Both the position numbers and the translations under genes were made by a program. The notes under the pieces are model-generated. The model was given only the letters and a program-made list of their open reading frames with translations. It was not told where the DNA came from and made no database searches. Shown piece by piece: positions 8,480 to 17,642 of a stretch of 57,272 bases of DNA. Numbering within the stretch: position 1 is the first letter of the stretch; the number at the start of each line of letters is the position of its first letter. This DNA is from Candidatus Spechtbacterales bacterium (GTDB lineage Bacteria; Patescibacteriota; Minisyncoccia; Spechtbacterales; 2-12-FULL-38-22), in assembly GCA_040902285.1 (NCBI GenBank), contig JBBDXP010000015.1, positions 4,128 to 61,399 on the forward strand. The letters are read 5' to 3'.

Positions 8480-9544
8480 ATGTCAATAAGAGAAATACGG
8501 GATAAAACTACTTGGGATGATTTTATAACCGCGCAAAAAGACCACACTTTTTTGCATTCTTGGGCATGGGGCAAACTCAATGAAGCCGAAGGGGATAAAA
8601 TATGGCACCTCGGTTTTTATGACGATAACCGATTGGTCGTCGTTGCCCTGGTTATAAAAGTGCATGCAAGGCGGGGTAATTTTTTGTTTGTGCCGCAAGG
8701 ACCAATTTTTGATAAAAATTGGGCAAATCCTAAATCCGAATATCGAAACACGAAACAAATTCAAAATCATAAATTCCAAATTCTCGACAAACTCACAAAT
8801 CATTTAAAACAATTGGCTCAAGAGGAAGGGGGAGTGGCGTTCATAAGAATTAGCCCGCTGCTGGAAGAATCAGAAGAGAATAAAAAAATGTTCAGGGATT
8901 TAGGATTTAGAAACGCGCCTATTTATATGCACGCTGAAACCGCCTGGCAACTTGATATCACAAAAAACGAAGATGAACTTATGATGGGAATGCGCAAAAA
9001 TACCAGGAATCTTGTCAGGAGAGCGCAAAAAGATGGGGTTGAAATATTTTCGGGCGTAAACGATGAATTTATTGAAGAATTTTTTAAATTATACAAACAA
9101 ACGGCGGGTAAGCACGGTTTTACCCCGTTTTCTAAAAATTACATAAAAGAAGAGATAAAAGCGTTTGAGGGCAGTGCTAAAATTTACCTTGCAAAATACA
9201 AAGGAAAAACACTTTCGACTGCTGTAATAGTGCAACAGGGGACTGGGGCGTTTTATCATCATGGAGCCAGCAGTCCGGATGACACAAAAATTCCGGCGGC
9301 CTATCTTCTGCAGTGGCAGGCGATTTTGGACGCCAAACAAAACGGAAGAACCCGATACAACTTTTGGGGTATAGCTAAAAACGAGGATGATAAAAAACAC
9401 CCATGGCACGGACTTACATTTTTTAAAAAAGGTTTTGGGGGGTATCGCACCGACTACATGCACGCGCAGGATTTGCCGCTTTCGCCAAAATACTGGCTTA
9501 ATTATCTGATAGAAAAAGTGCGCTTGCTGAAAAGGGGAGTATAA
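8480..9544 (+). CDS. FemABX-family peptidyl transferase
   Basis: FLHSWAWG, QGP, FIRISP, YHHGAS, LLQWQAI, YNFWGI, GLTFFKKGFGG. Confidence 0.9.
   Translation: MSIREIRDKTTWDDFITAQKDHTFLHSWAWGKLNEAEGDKIWHLGFYDDNRLVVVALVIKVHARRGNFLFVPQGPIFDKNWANPKSEYRNTKQIQNHKFQILDKLTNHLKQLAQEEGGVAFIRISPLLEESEENKKMFRDLGFRNAPIYMHAETAWQLDITKNEDELMMGMRKNTRNLVRRAQKDGVEIFSGVNDEFIEEFFKLYKQTAGKHGFTPFSKNYIKEEIKAFEGSAKIYLAKYKGKTLSTAVIVQQGTGAFYHHGASSPDDTKIPAAYLLQWQAILDAKQNGRTRYNFWGIAKNEDDKKHPWHGLTFFKKGFGGYRTDYMHAQDLPLSPKYWLNYLIEKVRLLKRGV
8725..8784 (+). repeat. Heptamer-periodic repeat translated in frame inside femX
   Basis: aaatcct aaatccg aatatcg aaacacg aaacaaa ... aaattcc aaattct; 60 bp, preserves frame. Confidence 0.7.
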
Positions 9545-9588
9545 AAATGTATAATTATAATACCGGAGAGGGAAGGTTTTAGATAAAA

Positions 9589-10380
9589 ATGAACAACTAT
9601 TTTAAAAAAATATCACAACTCGCAAGTTCTTGGATAAAATCTATACACGGATTATTTGGCAATGAAGATTTTTCTGAAGAAAAGGACGAGTTCGTTGCCA
9701 TAGTGTCGCACCAGCTTCGCACTCCTGTCTCGGCTCTGTTGGGATATATGTCTTTGCTTAGAGACGGCAATTACGGAAAACTGACATCGGAGCAGTTGAA
9801 CGTGATAAACAAATCATTAAAAATAACTCTGGGCATGGAACGCATGATTGATAATTTTCTCAGTGTATCGCACGCCGAAAGGGGAGTTTTAAAATTCCAC
9901 TTTGAAAAAACCGATTTACGCGATATTATAGATGAGGTTGCAGAAAGACATGAAATGCAGGCCAAGCGCAAAGAACTGCAAATAAAATGGCTAAGACCGG
10001 ATAATCCCGTTTATATAGATGCTGATATTGGAAAGCTTTCCAATGTTTTTTCAAACATTTTAGACAACGCGCTTAAATACACCGAGAAGGGCGGAGTATC
10101 CATAAGAATTCTTGAGGATAAGCGCAAGGGAATTGTTGAAATATTTATAAAAGACACGGGAATGGGTATAACCTCGGAAGATGAAAAAAATATATTTAAG
10201 AGTTTTTACAGAGGAAAAAAAGTGCACAATATCGAACCTGCGGGTGCCGGACTCGGCTTGCATGTGGCAAGAATGGTAATTGAAGGCCACGGGGGAACAA
10301 TAAGAATAGAGGGAACAAAGGAGGGTGCCGGAACAACGTTCGCGGTAGAGCTTCCCGATATGCCGGAAAAAATAAAATGA
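9589..10380 (+). CDS. Histidine kinase (HisKA + HATPase), no obvious sensor or TM domain
   Basis: SHQLRTP H-box, NILDNALKYT, DTGMGI, GAGLGL. Confidence 0.93.
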   Translation: MNNYFKKISQLASSWIKSIHGLFGNEDFSEEKDEFVAIVSHQLRTPVSALLGYMSLLRDGNYGKLTSEQLNVINKSLKITLGMERMIDNFLSVSHAERGVLKFHFEKTDLRDIIDEVAERHEMQAKRKELQIKWLRPDNPVYIDADIGKLSNVFSNILDNALKYTEKGGVSIRILEDKRKGIVEIFIKDTGMGITSEDEKNIFKSFYRGKKVHNIEPAGAGLGLHVARMVIEGHGGTIRIEGTKEGAGTTFAVELPDMPEKIK

Positions 10381-11798
10381 AAAATAGAATATACACAAAC
10401 GAAATAATGACCCGGGAAGGCAAAGATGTGGCACTGGCCGGCTGGATAGAGGCCCGGCGCGACCACGGCAAATTGATATTTTTGGATTTGCGCGACAAAA
10501 AAGGCATAGTCCAAGTTGTTATAACTCCGAAACAAAAAGACGCATATGAGGCGGCCAAAGATGTGCGCGATGAATGGGTTTTACAAATAAACGGCACAGT
10601 ACAAAAAAGGCCTGACAACATGGTAAACCCGGATATAGAAACGGGAAGGCACGAGATTGGCGTTAAAGAAATTAAAATTTTAAGTAAAGCTGAAACCTTG
10701 CCTTTTCCGATTGATACGGCCGGATATGATATTTCGGAAGAACTGCGCCTTAAATACAGATATTTGGATTTGAGAAGAAAACGGCTTAACGAGAATATTT
10801 CGCTGCGCTCGGAACTTATTCGCCGTGTGCGAAATTTTTTATTTGAAGAAGATTTTACAGAGATAGAAACTCCGCTCCTAACTAAATCGACTCCGGAAGG
10901 AGCAAGGGATTTCTTGGTTCCTTCGCGTATATATCCGGGAAAATTCTTCGCATTGCCGCAATCTCCTCAGCAATACAAACAGCTGCTTATGGTAGCGGGG
11001 TTCGAGAAATATTTCCAAATTGCCCGCGCTGTGCGGGATGAAGATCTGCGCGCGGACAGGGGATTTGAACACACTCAAATAGATATGGAGATGAGCTTTG
11101 CCGACAGAGAAGAAGTAATGGAGCTTAACGAAAGAATGATAACCGCTGTTTTTGAAAACCTTGGAATGAAATTAAAAGAAAAACCGTTCCCAGTTTTAAC
11201 TTATCGGGAGGCAATGGACAAATTTAAAAGCGACAGGTTCGACATGCGATCCGAAAAAGACAAAAAAAATAATGTTCTGGCATTCGCGTGGGTCGTGGAT
11301 TTTCCGTTTTTTGAAAAGGATGACAGCGGGCGATGGACTTTTACTCACAATCCTTTTTCCCAGCCCAAAGAAGAATTTGTAGAAGATCTTATTGCCGGGA
11401 AAAATATTGAAAATATACTAACAACGCAGTATGACCTTGTGTGCAACGGGTATGAAGTTGGAGGAGGAAGCATAAGAGCGCATGATCCGCGTGTATTGCA
11501 AGCGGTTCTCAAAATAATGGGTTACAGCGAAAAAGAAACGGAGGAAGGATTCGGACATATGTTAGAGGCCTTTAAGTATGGCGCGCCTCCCCACGGCGGA
11601 ATTGCCTATGGTGTTGAGCGGTTACTTATGATATTAAAGAATGAAGAGTACCTGCGCGAAGTGCAGGCATTTCCGCAGACCGGTTCCGGAAGGACTTCTG
11701 TAATGGATGCTCCGTCCGAAGCGGGCGAACAATTACTTAAAGAGCTAAATATTAAAATAATAAAAAATGCTAAGCGGAAGAAAAATAAAAATAAGTGA
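10377..11798 (+). CDS. aspS: Aspartyl-tRNA synthetase, probably non-discriminating, short form
   Basis: RRDHGKLIFLDLRD, LKYRYLDLRR, ALPQSPQQYKQLLM, GAPPHGGIAYG. Confidence 0.96.
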   Translation: MKNRIYTNEIMTREGKDVALAGWIEARRDHGKLIFLDLRDKKGIVQVVITPKQKDAYEAAKDVRDEWVLQINGTVQKRPDNMVNPDIETGRHEIGVKEIKILSKAETLPFPIDTAGYDISEELRLKYRYLDLRRKRLNENISLRSELIRRVRNFLFEEDFTEIETPLLTKSTPEGARDFLVPSRIYPGKFFALPQSPQQYKQLLMVAGFEKYFQIARAVRDEDLRADRGFEHTQIDMEMSFADREEVMELNERMITAVFENLGMKLKEKPFPVLTYREAMDKFKSDRFDMRSEKDKKNNVLAFAWVVDFPFFEKDDSGRWTFTHNPFSQPKEEFVEDLIAGKNIENILTTQYDLVCNGYEVGGGSIRAHDPRVLQAVLKIMGYSEKETEEGFGHMLEAFKYGAPPHGGIAYGVERLLMILKNEEYLREVQAFPQTGSGRTSVMDAPSEAGEQLLKELNIKIIKNAKRKKNKNK

Positions 11799-12891
11799 AG
11801 CCCTAAAAGGTTCGCGCAAAAAATTCGCGCTCTTGGCCGCAACGGCTGTGGCAGCGCCTCTTTTACTTTTAATTTTATTTTTTTACGGAGGATTGAATCT
11901 TTCTAAAATATCTTCGGCTTTTAATTTTGTATTTCGCGAAAACCCCGAGACAAGCCGGGAAAGCCGCACGGACCGCTCCGACTTGCGCCTTATTTCCAGG
12001 CAAGATTTTATTAAAAAATATAATCCCAAGCCGGCATACCTTCCGCAGGCCCTGGAAATACATTCGTCACTTTCGGGCTATGTAAAAAGCAATTCCACAT
12101 CAACGCTTCTTCCCGTACGAAATTGGTCAGTGCCATTTGTGGATATAAAAGCGGAGAGCGCTTTGGCAATAGATTTGCCAGGTGCGAGAATACTGTACGG
12201 AAAGAATGTTTTTGAACCGCGCCCCATAGCCAGCCTTACAAAACTAATGACGGCTTTAGTTGCCGCGGAGCATATGAATCTATCGGATGTGGCAACGGTA
12301 TCTCAAAACGCCGTAAGAACGGAGGGCAGTTCCGCCAGTTTGCTGGTCGGGGAAGAACTGACCATTGAGCAGCTTCTGTACGCGGCTCTTCTTGAATCAA
12401 GCAATGACGCGGCGGTGGCAATACAAGAGTTTTATGACGGCTCTCGCGAGGCAGGAACTCCGAGCTTTGTGGATTTAATGAACCAAAAAGCCGGCGCACT
12501 TACCCTTAAAGATACATCTTTTGTTGAGCCGTCGGGATTAAGCGCGGAAAATAAAACAACCGCATTTGGTGTTGCCAGTATATTATGGGCGGCATTCCAA
12601 AATGAAAATGTGGCCAGAATACTGGGCACATCCAATTATACGACAGAGCCCTTGAATAAAGAATTTACGCACTATTGGGTAAACTTGAATACCCTCATTG
12701 GGGCATATGGTGAAATTATTGCGGGAAAAACCGGTTATACGGAAGAGGCGGGACCTTCAATGACTGTGTTGTCGGCAACTCCCAATGCCAATAAATTTGT
12801 CGCGATTGTCGTTTTAAACGCATACGACAGGATAGAAGAATCAACCAACCTTCTTAATTGGGTAAAACAGGCCTATATTTGGGAAGAGTAG
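11767..12891 (+). CDS. D-alanyl-D-alanine carboxypeptidase (peptidase S11)
   Basis: IASLTKLMTA (SxxK), SSN, KTGYT; N-terminal TM anchor. Confidence 0.92.
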   Translation: MLSGRKIKISEALKGSRKKFALLAATAVAAPLLLLILFFYGGLNLSKISSAFNFVFRENPETSRESRTDRSDLRLISRQDFIKKYNPKPAYLPQALEIHSSLSGYVKSNSTSTLLPVRNWSVPFVDIKAESALAIDLPGARILYGKNVFEPRPIASLTKLMTALVAAEHMNLSDVATVSQNAVRTEGSSASLLVGEELTIEQLLYAALLESSNDAAVAIQEFYDGSREAGTPSFVDLMNQKAGALTLKDTSFVEPSGLSAENKTTAFGVASILWAAFQNENVARILGTSNYTTEPLNKEFTHYWVNLNTLIGAYGEIIAGKTGYTEEAGPSMTVLSATPNANKFVAIVVLNAYDRIEESTNLLNWVKQAYIWEE

Positions 12892-12909
12892 ATTATTTAA
12901 CAACAAAAA

Positions 12910-13959
12910 TTGTTTATGGGGGGTGATACTTTTGAACTGGCGCGTATTTTAGGACTGGTGGCTATATCTTTTGTGATAACCATTCTTTGGACACCGGCAC
13001 TGACGCATTTTCTGTACAAATACAACTTGGGTAAAAGAATACGCATAGGGAAGAACGCGCCCATTTTTGCTAAACTGCACCGGCATAAAGAGGGCACGCC
13101 AACTATGGGGGGCGTACTTATTTGGGGTACGACTCTTTTTTTGGTGGTTATTTTCTGGATAATTTCCGAGTTGTTTCCTGATTCTCCTTTCTCTATTTTT
13201 AATTTTTTAAACAGAGGCCAAACATATCTTCCTTTGGCGGCTTTGGTCGCGGCAGCTATTATAGGATTAGCCGATGACCTTTTGGGCATATTTCCTAAGG
13301 GCTCATTTAGGGGGGGGTTGCGCATGAAACACAGAGCCATATTATATTTTTTGGTTGCCGCCGTGGGCGCGTTTTGGTTCTTTTTCCGCCTGGATTGGGA
13401 TGTTTTATACATACCTTTTCTTGGCGAATACAATATAGGATTTTGGTACATCCCTTATTTTATACTTGTTATATTCGCGACTTCGTTTTCGGTAAATGAA
13501 ACCGACGGCTTAGACGGTCTTGCCGGCGGAGTACTGATGATGGCTTTTGCAAGCTATGGAGTATTGGCGTTTATTCAGGGAAGATTCGATCTTGCGGCTT
13601 TGATAGGGGTAATTGTGGGCGCTCTTTTGGCGTTTCTCTGGTTTAATGTTCCACCCGCCAGATTTTTTATGGGGGATACGGGAGCCATGTCGTTAGGCGT
13701 GGCACTGGGAATAATAGCGATGTTAACGAACATGTCTTTGCTTTTGCCCGTGATAGGATTGGTACTCGTGATAGAGTCCGCATCCGTAATACTGCAGGTT
13801 TTTTCTAAAAAAATATTCAAAAAGAAAATTTTTATATCCACGCCCATCCATCACCACCTTCAGGCCTCCGGATGGCCAGAATCCAAAATAGTAATGCGGT
13901 TATGGATAGTTTCGGCTGTTTCGGCGGGAGCAGGAGTGATAATAGGCCTGGTAGGATAA
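12910..13959 (+). CDS. mraY: Phospho-N-acetylmuramoyl-pentapeptide transferase
   Basis: KEGTPTMGG, NETDGLDGL, FFMGDTG, PIHHH. Confidence 0.96.
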   Translation: MFMGGDTFELARILGLVAISFVITILWTPALTHFLYKYNLGKRIRIGKNAPIFAKLHRHKEGTPTMGGVLIWGTTLFLVVIFWIISELFPDSPFSIFNFLNRGQTYLPLAALVAAAIIGLADDLLGIFPKGSFRGGLRMKHRAILYFLVAAVGAFWFFFRLDWDVLYIPFLGEYNIGFWYIPYFILVIFATSFSVNETDGLDGLAGGVLMMAFASYGVLAFIQGRFDLAALIGVIVGALLAFLWFNVPPARFFMGDTGAMSLGVALGIIAMLTNMSLLLPVIGLVLVIESASVILQVFSKKIFKKKIFISTPIHHHLQASGWPESKIVMRLWIVSAVSAGAGVIIGLVG

Positions 13960-13968
13960 ATACCACAA

Positions 13969-14787
13969 ATGTCAACCAAAGCTTTGCGTAAAAAGGTTTC
14001 CCGTCCCATAGGGATATTTGATTCGGGCATGGGGGGCATATCTATATATAAAGTGATTAAAAATCTTTTACCCGGAGAGGATTATATTTATCTCGCCGAC
14101 AAAAAATTCTTTCCCTACGGCACCAAAAGCTCAAAAACCATTTTAAAAAGAACGGATAAGGCGGTAAAATGGCTAAAGGAACAAGATGCGAAATTAATTG
14201 TTATTGCCTGCAATACCGCGACGGTTGAAGTTCTGGAGAGTATGCGCGAAAAATACCCCGATATTTTATTTGTGGGCACGGTGCCGGTTATAAAAACTTG
14301 TGCTGAAAAAACAAAAACGGGCAGTATAGGAATATTATGCACAGAAAAAACCGCCAACAGCGAATATCAGCTCCGGCTTATAAAAAAATTCGCGCAGGAT
14401 AAGAATGTGCACATAGAGGTATGCGGTCAGCTTGTTGATATAATAGAAAGAGGCGACATAGAAAACATTAAAACCTCGCCGTTCGTTTTACGCCCGATTG
14501 AAAAATTAAAAAATAAAAATGTGGATGTAATAGCCCTGGGTTGTTCGCATTTCCCGTTAATAGGATATGAAATACAAAAAATAGCCGGGAAAAAGGTACA
14601 TGTTATTGATTCGGGCAAAGCCATTGCCCGCAGGGTTAAAACTCTTCTTAAGAAAAGCTCTCAGTTGATTCAGGGAAAAATTCCGGGCCGAACCATCTTT
14701 TACACAACCGCACGTAAGGAAAAATTTGATAAAATAATAAGTATGTACACAAACGAACGGATAAAATCCCGTTTGGTTAAATTATAG
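13969..14787 (+). CDS. murI: Glutamate racemase
   Basis: FDSGMGG, PYG, ACNTAT, LGCSHFP. Confidence 0.95.
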   Translation: MSTKALRKKVSRPIGIFDSGMGGISIYKVIKNLLPGEDYIYLADKKFFPYGTKSSKTILKRTDKAVKWLKEQDAKLIVIACNTATVEVLESMREKYPDILFVGTVPVIKTCAEKTKTGSIGILCTEKTANSEYQLRLIKKFAQDKNVHIEVCGQLVDIIERGDIENIKTSPFVLRPIEKLKNKNVDVIALGCSHFPLIGYEIQKIAGKKVHVIDSGKAIARRVKTLLKKSSQLIQGKIPGRTIFYTTARKEKFDKIISMYTNERIKSRLVKL

Positions 14788-14790
14788 CCA

Positions 14791-16350
14791 ATGCTCATTA
14801 AAGGAGGAACAATTATTGACGGTACCGAAAGAAAAAGATTCAAGGGAGACATAAGAATAGACGGCAACAAGATATCAGCGGTCGGCGACTTAAAGCCGTT
14901 ACCGGATGAAAAGATAATCGATGCTACCGGCCTTTTTGTGTCACCCGGGTTTGTTGACATACTTAACCACTCGGATGCATATGTTACTTTGTTTGAAAAT
15001 CCGGCTCAAGAAAGCTTACTAAGACAAGGCATAACAAGTATTTTAATGGGTAATTGCGGATCTTCTTTAGCCCCTTTAACGGACGGGGTCTTTGTTAATT
15101 CCATACAAAAGTGGGGAGATATTTCTCGGATAAATGTTAACTGGCTTTCTATGGGTGAATATATAGAGGAATTAAAAAAGCATAAGTTCGGCGTTAATAT
15201 CGCGACACTTGCGGGACACTCAACAGTCAGGAGGGGCTTGGTTCAAAGCGATCCGGGAGGACTGAATAAAGAAGAACTTGGGCAAATGACTTTAATGCTG
15301 AAACGTTCTTTAGATGAGGGAGCTTTCGGCATATCAAGCGGCCTTGCGTACGCGCACGGCGAACATGCCCATAAGGAAGAAATTTCAAAAATAGCGAGAT
15401 TGGCCGAATCTCACAAAAGCGTTTATTCTGTCCATATTCGGGACGAATCTGAACATTTTAAAAAATCCATAAATGAAATCCTTGAAATGGCGCGGCAAAC
15501 CAAAGCAAACATCGAAATATCCCACCTAAAAGTTGTGGGCGAAAAATTCTGGGACCAGTTTACCCCTGCCTTAAAAGAAATAGAAAAAGTCCGCAATGTT
15601 AATTTTGATGTTTACCCCTACACCGTAACCGCCTCCGTGCTTTATTCCTTTTTGCCCAAATGGGCAAGCAAAGGAGGAAACAAAAGTTTAATACCCAATA
15701 TTCAAAACGGGCAAACCCGTGAAAAACTTATTAAAGACATGGAAAATGATCCGTATTCATACGGGGATATGACAGTTGCGATGGGGAACATAAACCCCAC
15801 TTATTTCGGCAGAAAAATAAAGGATATAGCCAAAAATCAGGATGCGAGTCCGGAGGAGGCCGTACTTAACCTTATCGATGCTTCGGGAAACAGAGTTATT
15901 GTGTTTACCCAGACAATAAGCGAATACAACCTTAAAAAAGCATTGGCACACAATAAAAGTTTTATCACTTCCGACGGAGCCGGCTATAAGGCGGAAGGTT
16001 CCGGCAAAGGAGAAGTGGTGCACCCAAGGAATTTTGGCGCAATGCCCAGGTTTTTGGGAAAATATATACGCGAATACGAGATAATGTCGTGGGAAAAGGC
16101 GATAGCCAAAATAACATCATTGCCCGCTGAAAAAATAGGTTTTAAAAACAGGGGACAAATAAATCAGGGATACTTTGCCGATATTGTAATTTTTGATCCT
16201 TCTAAAATTACCGATACCGCGACATTCGAAAATCCGTTCCAATACCCCCGCGGTATAGAATATGTGTTTGTAAACGGCAAGGTGGCCGTTGAAAATAATA
16301 TATTAAAGCAAATGGAGGGAAAGATTTTAGAAAATCACGCCAAAAAATGA
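14791..16350 (+). CDS. N-acyl-D-amino-acid deacylase family amidohydrolase
   Basis: PGFVD..NHSD, GITSILMGNCG, VHIRDE, ISHLK, SDG, HPRNFG, FADIVIFDP. Confidence 0.88.
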   Translation: MLIKGGTIIDGTERKRFKGDIRIDGNKISAVGDLKPLPDEKIIDATGLFVSPGFVDILNHSDAYVTLFENPAQESLLRQGITSILMGNCGSSLAPLTDGVFVNSIQKWGDISRINVNWLSMGEYIEELKKHKFGVNIATLAGHSTVRRGLVQSDPGGLNKEELGQMTLMLKRSLDEGAFGISSGLAYAHGEHAHKEEISKIARLAESHKSVYSVHIRDESEHFKKSINEILEMARQTKANIEISHLKVVGEKFWDQFTPALKEIEKVRNVNFDVYPYTVTASVLYSFLPKWASKGGNKSLIPNIQNGQTREKLIKDMENDPYSYGDMTVAMGNINPTYFGRKIKDIAKNQDASPEEAVLNLIDASGNRVIVFTQTISEYNLKKALAHNKSFITSDGAGYKAEGSGKGEVVHPRNFGAMPRFLGKYIREYEIMSWEKAIAKITSLPAEKIGFKNRGQINQGYFADIVIFDPSKITDTATFENPFQYPRGIEYVFVNGKVAVENNILKQMEGKILENHAKK

Positions 16351-17642
16351 AAGATTTTTTGGGAAAAAAAATTACCTTGATGGGTTTGGGTTTAAACGGA
16401 GGCGCGATAGAAGACGCCTTGTTTTTTATTAAACAGGGCGCGAATTTAACTGTAACAGACCTTAAAACGGAAGAAGAGCTTGAAATGCCTTTAAAAAAAA
16501 TTAAAAAATATAATGTCAATTTAACTTTAGGCAAACATATTCAAAAAGATTTTTTGAACGCGGATCTTATCATAAAAAATCCTGCGGTTAGGAAAGATTC
16601 AAAGTATCTAGCGCTCGCGCGAAGCAAAGGGATAAAAATCAATACCTCAATCGAATTGTTTTTTGAGTTGGCAAACACCAAAAAACTTATAGGAATAACG
16701 GGAACAAAGGGTAAATCAACCACCGCGGTGCTTATATATAAAATTATAAAAACAAAATACCCCAATACTTATCTGGCGGGGAACATGGGGGTATCCCCGC
16801 TGAAATATGCGGACAGAGCGCAAAGAGACATTGGCATAATTGAACTATCAAGTTTTCAGCTGGAAGGGCTTAAAAAAAGTCCGCACATATCTGTAATAAC
16901 CAATATCGGGCGTGATCACTTAAACAGATATAAAAATTTTTCCGATTACGCAAGGACCAAAAAAACAATTTTTAGATGGCAGGATAAAAATGATATTTTG
17001 GTTATAAATAATGCCCTAAGATCTGTGACTAAAAATGCTCAATCTAAAGTGGTCTTATTTTCCGGAGATAATATAAAAATAAAAAATCCCAAGATACACC
17101 CCGATAATATTTCGGCGGCGATACATGTAGCAAAAATTATGAGAGTAAGCAAAAAAACATACGAACCGATAATTAAAAACTTTAAAGGGTTAAAAGGGCG
17201 TCTGGAGTACATAGGAAGCATAAATAAGGCAGAAATATTTAACGATACGACAGCCACAAATCCTATGTCCGCCATAAACTCCTTACAAAATTTTAAAAAC
17301 AAAAAAATCGCTCTTATAGCGGGAGGGGAAGATAAAAATTTGGATTATAATGAATTTTCAAAAAATCTGAAGGGGGTGTATGTTTTGGCTTTGTTGCCTG
17401 GCTCGGCAAGTGATAAAATATACATGTGCGGAGTAAAAAATAAAACATGGAACCCAAGATTTAAAAAAGTAAAAAATCTTGAGGAGGCCTTAAAATATTC
17501 TTTGGGGTTATCTCCTGAGATAATACTGTTATCTCCCGCGGCGGCAAGTTTTAATATGTTTGCTAACGAATTTGAAAGAGGGTCCAAATTTGCCGATATA
17601 GTTAAAAAATATGGCGCTAAAAGCAAAACGTTCTCCCGATAA
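16347..17642 (+). CDS. murD: UDP-N-acetylmuramoylalanine-D-glutamate ligase
   Basis: ITGTKGKSTT, ELSSFQL, DHLNRY, NDTTAT, LSPAAASFNMF. Confidence 0.95.
   Translation: MKDFLGKKITLMGLGLNGGAIEDALFFIKQGANLTVTDLKTEEELEMPLKKIKKYNVNLTLGKHIQKDFLNADLIIKNPAVRKDSKYLALARSKGIKINTSIELFFELANTKKLIGITGTKGKSTTAVLIYKIIKTKYPNTYLAGNMGVSPLKYADRAQRDIGIIELSSFQLEGLKKSPHISVITNIGRDHLNRYKNFSDYARTKKTIFRWQDKNDILVINNALRSVTKNAQSKVVLFSGDNIKIKNPKIHPDNISAAIHVAKIMRVSKKTYEPIIKNFKGLKGRLEYIGSINKAEIFNDTTATNPMSAINSLQNFKNKKIALIAGGEDKNLDYNEFSKNLKGVYVLALLPGSASDKIYMCGVKNKTWNPRFKKVKNLEEALKYSLGLSPEIILLSPAAASFNMFANEFERGSKFADIVKKYGAKSKTFSR

Noticed and set aside
8459-8490. TAACATAA resembling a XerD half-site before femX
   Set aside because: No matching second arm at 6-bp spacing.
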